Shown: positions 47,485-58,092 of the stretch, one piece after another
How the letters are laid out: the number at the start of each line of letters is the position of its first letter
How positions within the stretch are numbered: the stretch's first letter is position 1
Source of the DNA: an uncultured Candidatus Saccharibacteria bacterium
GTDB lineage: Bacteria > Patescibacteriota > Saccharimonadia > Saccharimonadales > JAGQNJ01
Assembly: GCA_964584895.1 (NCBI GenBank)
Contig: CAZPAW010000002.1
Span: forward strand, 2,748-66,747
DNA: 64,000 nt
Direction: 5' to 3'
Notes under the pieces: generated by a model
The model's input: the letters and a program-made list of their open reading frames with translations, nothing else
Database searches by the model: none
Told to the model about the DNA's origin: nothing
Program-made: the position numbers and the translations under genes

Positions 47485-48183
47485 ATGAAAAATCAAGTAA
47501 AAACTCCGCAAAAGACAAATGCCTTAGCGGTGATAGGGTTAATAACGGCTTTTTTTATCCCACTTGCTGGATTAGTCGTGTCAATAATCGGACTTTCTCA
47601 GATTAAAAAACGTAAAGAAAAAGGCAAAGGGTTAGCAATTGCCGGGATCGTAACTTCGGTCATAATTGGTTTTTTGCAACTATTATTTGTAATGTTGATA
47701 TTTGCGGCTTTTCGTGGCCAATCAATAGAATTAGTAACATATACGAATTCAGATGTTGGATACAGTGTTAAATACCCAAAAGGCTGGACTCAAGAGACAA
47801 ATAATACCTCACAAGCAAAAGACACAATTTTTAAAGACAAAGCTGGTGAAACGGGTAAAGTTTATGGACAAGTTGAAGTTGCGTATTTCCCAGCTCCGAA
47901 GAATGGATATTCTAAAGACGTTTTAAACGCTATTGCGGATGCACTAATTAAAGACAATCAAAATACAACTGTTGTATACCGCGATCGATCAACAAAGAAC
48001 GATCGACAAACAATAACTCTGGTCACGACTTATCAAGGCGAGACGAACCTGATGAAATCTAAAACTACAATTATGCTAAACCCGGATAACTCGGTTTACA
48101 CAGTAGTTACTCAGACCCCAGAAAAGAATTGGGATAAATATTCTGACGAATTCGATGAAATCCATAACACATTTTCACCATGA
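47485..48183 (+). CDS. DUF4190-type membrane protein with extracytoplasmic C-terminal domain
   Basis: NALAVIGLITAFFIPLAGLVVSIIGLSQIKK...GLAIAGIV is a typical DUF4190 hairpin. SD AAGGAG upstream. Confidence 0.6.
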   Translation: MKNQVKTPQKTNALAVIGLITAFFIPLAGLVVSIIGLSQIKKRKEKGKGLAIAGIVTSVIIGFLQLLFVMLIFAAFRGQSIELVTYTNSDVGYSVKYPKGWTQETNNTSQAKDTIFKDKAGETGKVYGQVEVAYFPAPKNGYSKDVLNAIADALIKDNQNTTVVYRDRSTKNDRQTITLVTTYQGETNLMKSKTTIMLNPDNSVYTVVTQTPEKNWDKYSDEFDEIHNTFSP

Positions 48184-48210
48184 ATTCACTAATTGTTAGG
48201 AGGTAGTAAA

Positions 48211-48465
48211 GTGCCAAGAAAAAAATTTTGCCAAAGTTGCAGTATGCCGTTGGACGGTAAGGACAACGGAACCGAAAAAGACGGATCGCTTAGTCAAAAG
48301 TATTGCATAATGTGTTACGAAAACGGTGCACTAAAAGATCCCGATATGACGCTAGAACAGATGACAGAGATCGTAGATAAGGCTTTGAGAGACAAAGGTT
48401 GGGGTAAATTTAGGCGATATCTGGCTAAGGGAATGTTACCAAAGCTTGAGCGTTGGAAAAAGTAA
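48211..48465 (+). CDS. putative zinc-ribbon domain protein (Zn_ribbon_2-like)
   Basis: CQSCSMPL...GTEKDGSLSQKYCIMCYENG. I prefer GTG 48211 (AGGAGG 7 nt upstream) over the track's 48193. Confidence 0.7.
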   Translation: MPRKKFCQSCSMPLDGKDNGTEKDGSLSQKYCIMCYENGALKDPDMTLEQMTEIVDKALRDKGWGKFRRYLAKGMLPKLERWKK

Positions 48466-48469
48466 CGCT

Positions 48470-49798
48470 TTAGTTTTTGATTAGACTAATTACTAATGCC
48501 GCTGTCCACGAAAAGTTTTTCGCACCTTCTCCTTTGCCGGTATCAGGTGAAAAATATTCATAAAAACCCTTATTTTTAACCATCGCTATTGTTGAATTGC
48601 GAAGGTCCTCTGCTTGTTTTTTGTGTCCATAACGATCTAAACCATCAATTAAAAACCAGTTTGTGTTTACCCAAGACGGGCCTTGCCAGAATCTATTAGG
48701 ATTAAAATGACCTGAATCTTTTGACATAGATGGTACTGGATATTTCGCCCCAAATTTTATATCATTTTGGATTTTTTTAACTAAAATGTCGGCTTGTTGT
48801 TGAGATATTGCTCCAGAATATAGTGGTAATAGTGAGGCGATTGACTCTAATTCTATATTCTCTTGATTATAGAAATTTCGAGAAAAATAAGACTGACCCT
48901 TATCGTGCCATAAATGACTGAGGGCATGGTTTGCTTTATTGAAGCTTTCCTGAAGGTGTTCTGGTAGCTTTTCGTCAATTATCTTGGCAATATGCTCGAG
49001 ATGATGGTTATTTCTAATTAGGATAGAGTTAAAACCAACATCTTCAATTGCAAGTAGTTTTGATTTTAGTATTTTTCGACTACTGTATTCTCGTCGTCGA
49101 ATCCTCTGCATAACGCTCAATAGTGCTAGGCCGTCGATGGTAGATTCACGTTGGGTGGTCGGGACTGTTTTGGTGTCTCGCCGAAGCTTTTCGATGAGTT
49201 TGTCAAGTTTTAGGATCTCAATTAGTTTGATCCAGATTGGTAATTGAATCTTGTTGATGGCAAACATCCAAGGTGGCGTGTCGTCCATTCCGGTCTCCCA
49301 CGGATGGACATTAAATACCAGTCCTGTTTTTTTTGGATCACGATCTCTGTATAACCAGCTATGATGACGTACTAATGGTTTATACATTTTTTTGTACCAT
49401 ATCAGTCGTTCGTGTTTTGGCAATTTTTTGCCGATTCTAATTACCGCCTCGGCTAGGATTGGGGGTTGAGTAATGCCGCTTGTTGCTCGATCATCTGATG
49501 AGAAAGGTGAAATTTTACTACGCCATAACTCGCGATCTTGACGATAGAATGCACCAGGGTCAAATACCATATGCGGGATCATACCGTTATGCCACTGCCC
49601 CTTGATTAGGGAAAGAAGCTCAGCTTGAGCTCTATCGATATCATAGTTAGCAAGTCCGATTGCAATAAAACAACTATCCCAAAACCATTGATGCGGATAT
49701 ATGCCCTCGGCAGGAATAGTATGCTTTCCGTGCCGATTATCTTGCAATACTTGTTTTGCGTTATCTACTAAATTATCCTCGTCATTTATATCCGACAT
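48470..49798 (-). CDS. (alpha/alpha)6-barrel glycoside hydrolase, GH63-like (glucosyl-/mannosylglycerate hydrolase-like)
   Basis: YPHQWFWDSCFIA and FWQGPSWVNTNWFLIDGL resemble the MGH1/GH63-like family. Substrate not determinable. Confidence 0.7.
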   Translation of the reverse strand: MSDINDEDNLVDNAKQVLQDNRHGKHTIPAEGIYPHQWFWDSCFIAIGLANYDIDRAQAELLSLIKGQWHNGMIPHMVFDPGAFYRQDRELWRSKISPFSSDDRATSGITQPPILAEAVIRIGKKLPKHERLIWYKKMYKPLVRHHSWLYRDRDPKKTGLVFNVHPWETGMDDTPPWMFAINKIQLPIWIKLIEILKLDKLIEKLRRDTKTVPTTQRESTIDGLALLSVMQRIRRREYSSRKILKSKLLAIEDVGFNSILIRNNHHLEHIAKIIDEKLPEHLQESFNKANHALSHLWHDKGQSYFSRNFYNQENIELESIASLLPLYSGAISQQQADILVKKIQNDIKFGAKYPVPSMSKDSGHFNPNRFWQGPSWVNTNWFLIDGLDRYGHKKQAEDLRNSTIAMVKNKGFYEYFSPDTGKGEGAKNFSWTAALVISLIKN

Positions 49799-49856
49799 AC
49801 ATAAGTATTATACCCACATAATGAGTCTTATGCTTATAGCTTAGTTTGTTAGTTGA

Positions 49857-50441
49857 TTATTGAGATCTGTGAATTATACCAGAAGACTCAATGATCTTAT
49901 ATCTGTCGTTTGAAAATTCAAGCTTTACAAAAGCACAATCACCAATCTCGATCTCACCCATGTTCAATACTTCTCGAAAAATAAGTCTGATAGGCCCTCC
50001 GTGTGTAATTATGCAAATAACTGATTTGTTAGGCTTAACTACACTATTTAAGGCATGTAGAATTCGTTTTTTAAAAACAGGATATCTTTCACCGCCATCG
50101 ACGGTATTCATTGGATCTTGTGCTTTTATGGCTAATTTCGGGAAACGTTTTTCAGCTTCTCTTTTTGTCAATCCAGTTAGTACCCCATATCTATTACATT
50201 CTCTGAAGTCGTCTACAATTTGAGGTTTTAGCTGAGTATGAGTACTTACTATTGCAGCTGTTTCTTTTGCCCTAATTTTTGGACTAGTATAAAGCTGTTG
50301 AATGCCAAATTTCGAAAATTTTTTTGCTAGTTCTTCGGCTTGGTTCCTTCCACTCTCAGTTAAATTATCGTCGTAGTCGCCACCATAACGACTTTCAATA
50401 TCACCTGTAGTTTGTCCGTGTCTTGCTAGGTAAATAATCAT
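49857..50441 (-). CDS. histidine phosphatase family protein (phosphoglycerate-mutase-like)
   Basis: N-terminal LARHGQT (RHG catalytic motif). ITHGGPIR near the C-terminus. Confidence 0.9.
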   Translation of the reverse strand: MIIYLARHGQTTGDIESRYGGDYDDNLTESGRNQAEELAKKFSKFGIQQLYTSPKIRAKETAAIVSTHTQLKPQIVDDFRECNRYGVLTGLTKREAEKRFPKLAIKAQDPMNTVDGGERYPVFKKRILHALNSVVKPNKSVICIITHGGPIRLIFREVLNMGEIEIGDCAFVKLEFSNDRYKIIESSGIIHRSQ

Positions 50442-50448
50442 GTTTATT

Positions 50449-50946
50449 TTATCTAAAATTTGTGAAGTTAATTGGGAAGTCGAAGTCTTTTGATTTGATG
50501 AGTTGCATTACTGCTTGTAACTCATCTTTTTTCTGGCTGGTTATACGGATTTCTTCGCCCTGGATTTGGGTTTTTACCTTAGGCAATGAATCGCGAATTA
50601 ACTTTGTAATTTTTTTTGCCTTTTCTTGGTCCAGTCCACGCTGAAACGGTATATCCCATGTCATTTTAAGATTAGTTGTTGTTGGCTCGGCTGAATTATC
50701 TAGTACTTTTTGACTTTGACCCCGACTAGCCAGTTTTTTACGAACAATCTCGACAATAGAATCTAGATGAAACTGGTTATCGCCAGTTATCTTAAAACCG
50801 GTTTTGTCATTATTAAGCCATTCAAGGTCTGCACTACTACCTTTAAAGTCATATCGATTAGCTATCTCGCGCTTTACTTGATCGAAAACGTTATTCATCT
50901 CAGCCTTGTCGAATTCGGATACTATATCAAAACTAAATTGCGCCAT
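50449..50946 (-). CDS. YajQ family nucleotide-binding protein (UPF0234)
   Basis: MAQFSFDIVSEFDKAEMNNVFDQVKREIANRYDFKG matches the YajQ N-terminus. ATG 50946 preferred over the track's 50961. Confidence 0.9.
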   Translation of the reverse strand: MAQFSFDIVSEFDKAEMNNVFDQVKREIANRYDFKGSSADLEWLNNDKTGFKITGDNQFHLDSIVEIVRKKLASRGQSQKVLDNSAEPTTTNLKMTWDIPFQRGLDQEKAKKITKLIRDSLPKVKTQIQGEEIRITSQKKDELQAVMQLIKSKDFDFPINFTNFR

Positions 50947-50996
50947 ATTGATATAATACAATATTTTAAGTTCAGTAGTCTGATATAATTATTCAA

Positions 50997-51590
50997 ATGA
51001 CAATAACTTTAGTATGTGCAAGCTCACGATCGAATAGCCAAAGTTTAAAAATTACAAAATATTTAGAAAAAAGTCTGGCTGATAACAATGTTGATACAAA
51101 TATTATTGATTTAAATCAGCTCAAACTTCCGATTTATGATGATAGTGATGAAGGTAGCTGGAAGACAGAGTGGGGTGTAGTTTCAAAAAATCTTGAACAG
51201 TCGGATGGTTTTATTGTTGTTAGCCCTGAGTGGAATGGTATGGCTGGACCAGGGTGGTTTAATATGCTTCATTATGTAGATCACGAACTTGCACATAAGC
51301 CACTAATGTTAGTTGGTGTAAGCTCAGGTATGGGGGGAGTTTATCCTTTGGCTGATATGCGCCTTTTGGGATCAAAAAATATGCATTTTTGCATTACCCC
51401 CGAGAGCCTCAGAATAGCAAATGTTGAAAAACTTTTTAACGATCGAGAGATGGGTAAGGACGCACCAGATTATTCTGTGAAACAAAGAGCAGAATATTGC
51501 CTGAAGGTGTTGATTGAATATGCGGTTGCACTAAAGTCGGTTAGAGAAAGTGGTGTGATTGATCTAAAGAATTTTGGCAACGGCAACTAA
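50997..51590 (+). CDS. NAD(P)H-dependent FMN reductase / flavodoxin-like oxidoreductase
   Basis: ITLVCASSRSNSQS and VVSPEWNGMAGPGWFN pattern of the FMN_red family. Confidence 0.75.
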   Translation: MTITLVCASSRSNSQSLKITKYLEKSLADNNVDTNIIDLNQLKLPIYDDSDEGSWKTEWGVVSKNLEQSDGFIVVSPEWNGMAGPGWFNMLHYVDHELAHKPLMLVGVSSGMGGVYPLADMRLLGSKNMHFCITPESLRIANVEKLFNDREMGKDAPDYSVKQRAEYCLKVLIEYAVALKSVRESGVIDLKNFGNGN

Positions 51591-51646
51591 AATTAGCTAG
51601 ATTAGCGTGTTAGCGGTGCTAATAACTGGTACAATTAGATTAAAGT

Positions 51647-52672
51647 ATGAGTTACAAGCATAAAAAAATTGCTAGTGTTGCAAAAGATCTCAAAGAGCAG
51701 ATAGCTAAAGATAAATCTGCTAATGTTCTTCGTTCGCCGAAATTAAAAGCGCTGGCCGGCGAGATTCAGTTACTAAAACCTGATCAACGGGCTGGTTTTG
51801 GCAAAGAGCTTAATCAGTTAAAAGCTGAGTTAGAAAAATTAGTTGATGATGACTTTGTTAAAACAAAAAATTTGGATCCAATTGATGTTACGGCGCCGTT
51901 CGATGTTAATGCTGAGGCGCCTGAACTTTTACCTGCAGAGAACGGTAGCCAACACCCGTTAATGACAGAATTGCAAAAAATCCTGACAATTTTTGAAAAA
52001 ATGGGATTTGAGGCAGTCGAATCGCGCCAGTTAGACGATGATTATCATATGTTTGAGACACTAAATTTTCCAGAGGGTCATCCTGCACGTGATGATTATG
52101 ATACTTTCTCTACTAGAGATGGTTTAATCGCACCAGCACATACATCGACAATGCAAAATAGAGTTTTAATAAAAGGTAAAGACAAATTAAAAAACAAACA
52201 ACCAATTGCTACTGTGATTCCCGGTAGAGTCTTTCGTAACGAAGATCTGGATGCGCGGCACGAACACACATTTTATCAGCTAGAAGGCGTTTTTGTGGAC
52301 GAGGGCATAAATGCCGGCAACTTAATAGCTACACTTAAGACATTTTTGGAAGAATACTACGAACAAAATCTTGATGTTCGGACCCAACCATTTTACTTTC
52401 CTTTTACTGAACCTAGTTTTGAATTTGCAATTAGTTGCCCTTTTTGTGCCAAACAAGGATGTTCTGTATGTAGTCAAGCTGGCTGGATAGAGCTACTAGG
52501 TTGCGGAATGATACATCCTAATGTTTTAAGGATGGCTGGTATTGATAACAGAAAGTACTCCGGTTTTGCATGGGGTATGGGTATTGATAGGTTAGTTATG
52601 ATGAAGCAAGGTATTGAGGATGTTCGGCACTTTGAATCCGGAAAATTAGATTTCTTGAGGCAATTCTCATGA
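51647..52672 (+). CDS. pheS: phenylalanine--tRNA ligase alpha subunit
   Basis: Class II motifs including GRVFRNEDLDARHEHTFYQLEG and GFAWGMGIDRL. Confidence 0.97.
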   Translation: MSYKHKKIASVAKDLKEQIAKDKSANVLRSPKLKALAGEIQLLKPDQRAGFGKELNQLKAELEKLVDDDFVKTKNLDPIDVTAPFDVNAEAPELLPAENGSQHPLMTELQKILTIFEKMGFEAVESRQLDDDYHMFETLNFPEGHPARDDYDTFSTRDGLIAPAHTSTMQNRVLIKGKDKLKNKQPIATVIPGRVFRNEDLDARHEHTFYQLEGVFVDEGINAGNLIATLKTFLEEYYEQNLDVRTQPFYFPFTEPSFEFAISCPFCAKQGCSVCSQAGWIELLGCGMIHPNVLRMAGIDNRKYSGFAWGMGIDRLVMMKQGIEDVRHFESGKLDFLRQFS

Positions 52673-55161
52673 AAATATCTGTGAATTGGATTAAAGAGTT
52701 TACAAACTTGAAGTTGTCTACTGATGAACTTGTTAATAAAATCGGGTCTCAGCTGGGCGAAGTTGAGTCCGTGCAAGAACTGGGCGATAAATATAAAGAT
52801 GTAGTTGTAGCGAAAGTTATCTCTTGCCGTAAGCACCCAAATGCCGATAAGTTAAATGTTTGTTTAGTTGATGATAATAAAATGACTAAAAACGTCAAAC
52901 GAGACGGCAATGGTTATGTTCAAGTGGTTTGTGGCGCACCAAATGTTCGGGTTGGTATCACTGTGGCATGGTTGCCTCCGGGTGCTATAGTGCCAAGCAC
53001 TTACGACAACGAACAATTCAAATTAGATGTCAGACCACTTCGGGGAGTGGACAGTAATGGAATGTTGGCTAGCGGTAAGGAGTTAGCTATTAATGATGAT
53101 CACGATGGGATTTTGATTGTCGATAAGCCCGCAAAGCCCGGTGCAAAGTTTGCCGATGTTTACGAGCTAAACGATACGATTATTGAGATTGAGAACAAGA
53201 TGTTCACTCATCGTCCCGATCTGTTTGGGATATTGGGTATTGCGCGAGAGATTGCCGGCATAACGGACCTTAAGTTTAGATCGCCAGATTGGTATACAAA
53301 GAGCTTAGAGACGAGAGCTAAGAGTTCAGAGAAAATGTCAGTCAGCGTAGTGAATAAGATGTCTAATCTAGTGCCAAGATTCATGGTGCAACCGATTAGC
53401 GGCGTTTCGATAAAGCCTTCGCCATTAATTATGCAAAGTTACTTGTCTAGATTGGGCCTTAAGCCAATAAATAATGTAGTTGATATAACAAATTTTGTGA
53501 TGACGCTTTCGGCTCAGCCACTTCACGCTTATGATTATGATAAATTATGTGAACTAGATAATGCCAAGCAGGCTATTATTGTTGTGAGAAATCCAAAACC
53601 TGGTGAAAAAATTACATTACTAAACGGCAAAACGATTAGTCCGTCAAAAAATGTAATTTGTATTGCATCAAAGTCAAAATTGATTGGTATTGGTGGCGTT
53701 ATGGGTGGTAGTCAGACAGAGGTCGACAATAATACGAAAAATATCGTGCTAGAGTGTGCATCGTTTGATATGTTCTCGATCCGTCGGGCTAGTATGGAAC
53801 ATGGTCTGTTTACAGATGCAGTAACACGATTTAATAAAGGCCAATCGTTACTGCAAAACGACAAAGTACTAGCCTATGCATCAGCCATGGTAGCAAAGTT
53901 GGCGGGTGGTAAAATTTCGGGCAAGGCGATTGATGATCGCGTAAAACCACCACGATCCAAAAAAGTTGCAACAGATACTGAGTTTATTAATTCACGTCTT
54001 GGGTTGGATCTTACAACTAGTGAGATTGTAAAACTACTGACTAACGTAGAGTTTGACGTGACTCGTGAAAAAACAAAACTTTTAATAAAACCACCATTTT
54101 GGCGAACGGATATAGAGATTCCTGAAGATATTGTCGAAGAAGTTGGTCGATTATATGGATACGACCATTTGCCGCTTAGCCTACCAAATAGATCGCTAAA
54201 TCCAGCTCAGAAAAACCAACTATTAGAATTAAAAATGAAAATACGACAAACATTGAGCAGTTTTGGCGCTAATGAAATATTAACCTATAGCTTTATTCAC
54301 GGGAATTTGATTGATAAGGCTACTCAGGATAAAAAACAAGCCTATCAACTCAGTAACGCTCTTTCGCCGGATTTACAGTATTTTAGATTAACCCTCACTC
54401 CAAGCCTGCTGGACAAAGTACGCCCGAATTTAAAGGCTGGATATGATAAGTTTGCCTTATTTGAAATAAATAAAACTCATAACAAAACCCATGTTGATAA
54501 AAAAGCGAAATTACCAGCAGAACAAGAAATGACAGCATGTGTGATTGCCTCAAAAAATAACCATAAATTTCCAGCGTATTATCAAGCCAGAAAATACCTT
54601 GATGAATTAGCGGGTAAATTAGGGATGAAGTTTGCTTATAAAGTAATCAAGGATTCTCCAAAATATGCGGTCACATCGCCTTTTGATCTCAGTCGTAGTG
54701 CCTACGTCACAGATGTTGCAAGTGGAGTATTTATCGGGATAGTAGGCGAATACAAACAACAAATAATGAAAGCCTTAAAACTGCCTGAATATATTGCAGG
54801 GTTCGAGATTGGGACTGAACATTTACTGGAAGCTATTCCAAAGACAAGTAGCTACACTCCAATATCGAAATATCCTAGCACTCATCAAGACATAACTTTA
54901 AAAGTCGACTGTAAAATGGAATTTGTTGACGTAGAACAATCAATCAATAGCACGCTTGAGATAATCTCGAAAGAAAAAAAATACCAATATCAGATAATGC
55001 CAGTTAGTATTTATAAGAAACCTAAATCGGATTCAAAGAACGTAACTTTTAGGATTATTCTCACTCACTCCGAAAGAACATTAGTTACAGATGAGGTTAA
55101 TTTGTTACTAGAGAATGTCGCAAATGACGCTAAACAGAAAGTTAAGGCAACGCGAGTTTAA
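52669..55161 (+). CDS. pheT: phenylalanine--tRNA ligase beta subunit
   Basis: N-terminal tRNA-binding (OB) domain, B3/4, B5 and C-terminal FDX-ACB order. ATGA overlap with pheS. Confidence 0.97.
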   Translation: MKISVNWIKEFTNLKLSTDELVNKIGSQLGEVESVQELGDKYKDVVVAKVISCRKHPNADKLNVCLVDDNKMTKNVKRDGNGYVQVVCGAPNVRVGITVAWLPPGAIVPSTYDNEQFKLDVRPLRGVDSNGMLASGKELAINDDHDGILIVDKPAKPGAKFADVYELNDTIIEIENKMFTHRPDLFGILGIAREIAGITDLKFRSPDWYTKSLETRAKSSEKMSVSVVNKMSNLVPRFMVQPISGVSIKPSPLIMQSYLSRLGLKPINNVVDITNFVMTLSAQPLHAYDYDKLCELDNAKQAIIVVRNPKPGEKITLLNGKTISPSKNVICIASKSKLIGIGGVMGGSQTEVDNNTKNIVLECASFDMFSIRRASMEHGLFTDAVTRFNKGQSLLQNDKVLAYASAMVAKLAGGKISGKAIDDRVKPPRSKKVATDTEFINSRLGLDLTTSEIVKLLTNVEFDVTREKTKLLIKPPFWRTDIEIPEDIVEEVGRLYGYDHLPLSLPNRSLNPAQKNQLLELKMKIRQTLSSFGANEILTYSFIHGNLIDKATQDKKQAYQLSNALSPDLQYFRLTLTPSLLDKVRPNLKAGYDKFALFEINKTHNKTHVDKKAKLPAEQEMTACVIASKNNHKFPAYYQARKYLDELAGKLGMKFAYKVIKDSPKYAVTSPFDLSRSAYVTDVASGVFIGIVGEYKQQIMKALKLPEYIAGFEIGTEHLLEAIPKTSSYTPISKYPSTHQDITLKVDCKMEFVDVEQSINSTLEIISKEKKYQYQIMPVSIYKKPKSDSKNVTFRIILTHSERTLVTDEVNLLLENVANDAKQKVKATRV

Positions 55162-56931
55162 ATGAAATACATTTGGCGAATCATAAAATACACAAAAGAG
55201 CTTTGGCGCTACTATGTTGTCGTAAGTATAATTTCAATTCTTGTGGCGTTAACTGGATTGTTGATTCCGATGCTAAGCGGTCGTGCGATTGACGCAATTA
55301 AAGTAGGTGCAAGCAACAACGTTAAATACGTAGTGATGCTAGCTACAGGAATATTCTTATTAGATCTAGCCTCAACTTTATTGAACAATATTGGTGGATA
55401 TTTTGGCGATAGGATGTCGATTAAACTCCAAAGATTGCTGAGTTTTCGATACTACGAACATTTACTTAATTTACCGCAAAATTATTTTGACACTGAGCTT
55501 TCCGGAACAATAATCAATCGTTTGAATCGTTCAATAACGCAGGTTAGTGGCTTTATGCAAATGTGGAGTAACAACTTTTTGCAGTTTATATTTAGTACGG
55601 TTTTTGCACTTGTGATTATCGCCTATTACAGTCTGCCGATTGCAATACTCCTTTTTTCTCTTTATCCGATATATATTTTTATGACGGTTAAAACTAGTGG
55701 CAAGTGGATGGAATACCAGGCCAAGATTAATAAAAATTTGGATATTGCCACTGGGCGGTTTGCCGAGTCGATTGGACAAATAAAGGTTGTAAAAAGCTTT
55801 ATCCAAGAAAAGCACGAATTAAGTTTTTTTAAGCGTCATTATGATAAAACAGTAAGTGTTGAAAAAGCGCAGTCAGTACTATGGCATAAACGCGACATTC
55901 AACGTCGTGGGATATTAAATATAATCTTTTACGTTGTTTATCTCTTGATATTTGTTCAGGCAGTCAATGGACAGTTTAGTCCCGGTCAAGCCGTAGCGCT
56001 TATTCTCTACGCCATGCAAATTCGTATTCCTATCTTTACGATTAGCTTTCTAGTTGAGAATACTCAAAAAGCTATCGCTGACAGTAAGGACTATTTTGAG
56101 ATAATGAATTTAGAGCCTGAAATAGCTGACAAATCAGGCGCAAAACCGATAAAAGTTCAAAAAGGCGAAATATCCTTCAACGACGTCGAGTTTAGCTATG
56201 GCGATCAGCAAGTGCTAAAAAACATTGTTTTCGATATTGAGCCTGATAGTAAGGTTGCGCTGGTTGGCGAAAGTGGCGAAGGTAAGACGACGATAACAAA
56301 TCTACTCATGAGACTTTACGAGCCTCAACATGGACAAATTATGATTGACGAACAAAATATTAACGAGATTACTCAAAAAAGTTTACGAGATAACATAGGG
56401 GTAGTATTCCAGGATCCTGCATTATTTAGTGGAACTATCAGCGAGAATATTGCATATGCTAGACCTAGCGCAAAACAGTCAGAGATAATAGCGGCAGCAA
56501 AAGCAGCCAACGCTCATGAATTTATTGAAAAATTTGAAAAGGGCTACGATTCAGAGATTGGCGAACGTGGTCTCAAATTATCAGGTGGTCAAAAACAACG
56601 TATTGCGATTGCTAGAGCGCTACTAAAAAACGCCCCAATTTTGATTTTAGACGAGGCTACAAGCAGTCTAGATAGTAAAAGCGAGGCAATGGTGCAAGAT
56701 GCCTTAAAACGACTAATGAAAGGGCGTACGACTCTAATAATTGCACACAGGTTAAGTACCATCCAACATGTAGACAAGATTATTACATTAACTGGTGGTA
56801 AAGTTGATGAAGTTGGTTCTCCGCAAAAGTTAGCTAAGACAGGTGGTATCTATGCACGATTACTGGCAATGCAACGGGGCGATAAAGAAAAAAGCAAAAA
56901 ACAGCTCAAAAAATACGAGATTAACGCGTGA
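55162..56931 (+). CDS. ABC exporter, fused permease/ATPase (MsbA-like)
   Basis: Six TM segments followed by an NBD: GESGEGKTT, LSGGQKQRIAIARA, ILILDEATS. Confidence 0.95.
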   Translation: MKYIWRIIKYTKELWRYYVVVSIISILVALTGLLIPMLSGRAIDAIKVGASNNVKYVVMLATGIFLLDLASTLLNNIGGYFGDRMSIKLQRLLSFRYYEHLLNLPQNYFDTELSGTIINRLNRSITQVSGFMQMWSNNFLQFIFSTVFALVIIAYYSLPIAILLFSLYPIYIFMTVKTSGKWMEYQAKINKNLDIATGRFAESIGQIKVVKSFIQEKHELSFFKRHYDKTVSVEKAQSVLWHKRDIQRRGILNIIFYVVYLLIFVQAVNGQFSPGQAVALILYAMQIRIPIFTISFLVENTQKAIADSKDYFEIMNLEPEIADKSGAKPIKVQKGEISFNDVEFSYGDQQVLKNIVFDIEPDSKVALVGESGEGKTTITNLLMRLYEPQHGQIMIDEQNINEITQKSLRDNIGVVFQDPALFSGTISENIAYARPSAKQSEIIAAAKAANAHEFIEKFEKGYDSEIGERGLKLSGGQKQRIAIARALLKNAPILILDEATSSLDSKSEAMVQDALKRLMKGRTTLIIAHRLSTIQHVDKIITLTGGKVDEVGSPQKLAKTGGIYARLLAMQRGDKEKSKKQLKKYEINA

Positions 56932-57380
56932 AACAAGATAAACGTCGAACGGCTGCGCGGGCAATTATAATCCGAGACAACAAACTTTTAGTTATGAAAC
57001 GTAATAAGTTTGGCGATATTTATTATGTTCTGGTTGGCGGTGGTCTTGACCCTGGAGAAACACCAGAGCAGGCACTTGTGCGGGAAGTCGAAGAAGAAGC
57101 AAGCATGACTGTAACGAAATATCGGAAAGTTTTTATTGAGCCTGCATGGGATAGATTCGGCGATCAGCATATTTATCTATGCCAAGACCCTGGCGGCGAG
57201 CCTCATTTGCAGAGCGATACGTCCGAAGCAAAATTGAATGCTATAGGAGGCAATACTTTTCAGCCATTATGGATGGCTTTTGATGATTTACCAAAAGTTA
57301 AATTTAGGTCACCAACAATTCAAAAAGAGATAATACGTTGCCTGAAAGACTCCTTCCCTGATAAACCTGTCAGACTCTAA
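56928..57380 (+). CDS. Nudix hydrolase
   Basis: Nudix box GGGLDPGETPEQALVREVEEEASM. GTG start overlapping the upstream stop (GTGA). Confidence 0.85.
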   Translation: MKQDKRRTAARAIIIRDNKLLVMKRNKFGDIYYVLVGGGLDPGETPEQALVREVEEEASMTVTKYRKVFIEPAWDRFGDQHIYLCQDPGGEPHLQSDTSEAKLNAIGGNTFQPLWMAFDDLPKVKFRSPTIQKEIIRCLKDSFPDKPVRL

Positions 57381-57445
57381 ATTCTATTTGCTATTAAAAT
57401 CAGCCATGCGTTATACTTAAAAACGAGCAATTTAGGGAGACAAAA

Positions 57446-57976
57446 ATGAGTAAAAAAGTTACAAGAATCAGTGCTTTAGTCCTTGCGATTGTTTTTCTGA
57501 TTTCTTCACTAGGCGTTACGGGGATTGTTATTTGGCAAATGACACAGCAGGATAATCAGCAAACACAGGAGGATAAAGTGGACGATACACAAGATAACCC
57601 AAATGCATTACAGGGCAAACCCTTAGAGGACTTTAAACCAGTAAAAACTGTTGAAAAACTTGTAATAACCGATATAAAAGTTGGTGATGGAAAAAAAGTC
57701 GAGGTTGGCGATACGATAACTGCTCATTATACTGGCGCTGATGCTACTACTGGAATAGTATTTCAAAGCTCAAAAGACTTTGGTGAACCAATTGAATTTG
57801 AGCTAAAAAAAGGTAGCCTTATACAAGGCTGGGTTGATGGAGTTCCGGGTATGAAAGAAGGTGGAATTAGACGTCTACTTATCCCTTCAGACCTTGCTTA
57901 CGGCGAAGAAGGGAATGGTGAAATTCCGCCTAATACTCCACTGGTTTTTGATATTGAACTTGTTAAGGTTAAATGA
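57446..57976 (+). CDS. membrane-anchored FKBP-type peptidyl-prolyl isomerase
   Basis: N-terminal TM. HYTG...F.SS...GEPIEF...GWVDGVPGMKEGGIRRLLIPSDLAYG. Confidence 0.9.
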   Translation: MSKKVTRISALVLAIVFLISSLGVTGIVIWQMTQQDNQQTQEDKVDDTQDNPNALQGKPLEDFKPVKTVEKLVITDIKVGDGKKVEVGDTITAHYTGADATTGIVFQSSKDFGEPIEFELKKGSLIQGWVDGVPGMKEGGIRRLLIPSDLAYGEEGNGEIPPNTPLVFDIELVKVK

Positions 57977-58092
57977 GGCGAATGAATGCAAAAAACACAA
58001 CATATGGGGGTATTGAAATAAACACAAACACTATATACAATAGATAAAGTAGTAAAATAAAATATACAAAAAACTAAAAAGAGGGTATCAAA

